Virus record (IMG/VR): IMGVR_UViG_2802429234_000007
Location: 1 to 27,778 of that record
Source: a virus
Lineage: Duplodnaviria; Heunggongvirae; Uroviricota; Caudoviricetes
Direction: 5' to 3' (one strand)
DNA: 27,778 nucleotides
The notes below the pieces were generated by a model. That model had not been told where the DNA came from. It saw nothing but the letters and a program-made list of their open reading frames with translations, and did no database searches. Positions 26,765 to 27,778 of this stretch are shown here, one piece after another (positions within the stretch are counted from its first letter, which is position 1; every line of letters begins with the position of its first letter). The position numbers and the translations under genes are program-made.

Positions 26765-27778
26765 ATGAACCTTACAATCAATCAATGCATCGTTTTATTT
26801 AACATTTTATTTGTGGTTGTTTACATGGGTTATTTATTCAAGATAAATGCATTCAAGATGAATGCTGAACCTCTTACGCATCAACCATTATTCAAAGCCG
26901 CACTGGCAATTCCAATAATTAGTTTTTTTCTGCTCGGATTTGTTGCATGGAATGGTCACAATGTTCAAATCGATACGGAAGGATTTAATAATTTCCTAAA
27001 CATTAGTAAACTTCCTTTAGCTGTTTTATCTTTATCGATTCCACTGGGAGTAGTTGTCAATAATATTCATCGAACAATACAAACAGATAAACAAATCAAA
27101 GAAGCAGAAAAGAAAAACAAAGTGGATTTTTTCTATACCCATAGAAAAAACACTATAGAAGCATTACAACACCTTGAATCTTTAGACATTCCTTTGATAA
27201 AAAAGAACGCAAAATTAGAATTTGAAAATTGTTATTCTACATATCGTAAATGCTATCCTTATGCTTCAACTACTAATAATAATTTTGATGCTTCCAAGGA
27301 CTACATACAAAATGCAGAATTAATTTGGTGCCAACTAGTTGAACTATTTAAAAAAGAAGAAATTAATGACTATACAGAGTTATACACCCATATACATAGC
27401 ATTGAAAAACTATTAGAATTATTGCACAACCTTTATGGACTAAAGCGTTTAGATATTGAAAAACTCTATCAGTGCTCAACCCACGGTGAAGATGAATATA
27501 TTTTATTCTTAAAAACAAAATTTTCGGATGAATTGGATATAAAAAAATATCTACAATCATACTGGCACTTTCATTTAAAAATGGTTGAGATACTTGAATA
27601 TAATTTCACCACTGACTTTGTGCTACTTATGAAGGATATAATAAGTTATTCAATCAATAATCGTGATAGAAAATACCCCTTATTTCAATATCACACTACA
27701 ATTGACGCAAGCGTTCCTCAGTTCATTAAGTTAAAAATCAGCAAAAGAGATCCACAAAATGTCCATGCAGAGTGTTAG
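26765..27778 (+). CDS. AT-rich membrane-anchored protein of unknown function (337 aa), candidate lysogenic-conversion or defence cargo
   Basis: Complete ORF starting 6 nt after the int stop; three N-terminal hydrophobic helices then a ~235-aa Lys/Glu-rich helical domain; much lower GC than the rest of the phage. Confidence 0.6.
   Translation: MNLTINQCIVLFNILFVVVYMGYLFKINAFKMNAEPLTHQPLFKAALAIPIISFFLLGFVAWNGHNVQIDTEGFNNFLNISKLPLAVLSLSIPLGVVVNNIHRTIQTDKQIKEAEKKNKVDFFYTHRKNTIEALQHLESLDIPLIKKNAKLEFENCYSTYRKCYPYASTTNNNFDASKDYIQNAELIWCQLVELFKKEEINDYTELYTHIHSIEKLLELLHNLYGLKRLDIEKLYQCSTHGEDEYILFLKTKFSDELDIKKYLQSYWHFHLKMVEILEYNFTTDFVLLMKDIISYSINNRDRKYPLFQYHTTIDASVPQFIKLKISKRDPQNVHAEC

Larger units (their letters stand above)
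546..27778. mobile_element. P2/186-like temperate phage (prophage) region: structural, lysis, replication and immunity modules plus integrase
   Basis: Recognisable P2-type O/N/M/L/P/Q, gpJ/gpI, gpV-like spike, 186-type cI/cII/apl, replication gene A and tyrosine integrase in phage-like synteny; chains of ATGA-type overlapping start/stop codons. Confidence 0.85.

Noticed and set aside
1-27778. CRISPR arrays, rRNA or tRNA genes
   Set aside because: No regularly spaced direct repeats and no tRNA-like T-loop or acceptor structures seen; the only tandem repeats are the coding HxH units in the fiber gene

Overview
The window is almost entirely one P2/186-like (Peduovirinae-type) temperate phage or prophage, read by eye from the six-frame translations; no database search was run. 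Right to left on the minus strand lies a single long, tightly coupled late operon: P2-type head genes O-N-M-L, tail completion R/S-like genes, putative sheath and tube, an embedded lysis cassette (holin, M15 endolysin, overlapped Rz/Rz1 spanins), a tail chaperone with a visible -1 frameshift site, tape measure, baseplate W/J/I-like genes, a tail fiber with HxH repeats, a fiber assembly protein, two unassigned genes, and a large gpV-like spike followed by an intrinsic terminator. Diverging from O on the plus strand are terminase P, portal Q and an Ogr-type zinc-finger activator. The immunity region is 186-like: minus-strand apl, cII, small early genes and replication gene A, then a LexA box in front of a small tum-position ORF; plus-strand cI and integrase. 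The most interesting candidate for an undescribed function is a very AT-rich 337-aa membrane-anchored ORF (26765..27778) that starts 6 nt after the integrase stop and is probably co-transcribed with cI-int. The two unassigned genes after the fiber assembly gene (2285..3527) are a second candidate. No rRNA, tRNA or CRISPR array was seen. The cos site and att core could not be located by eye.
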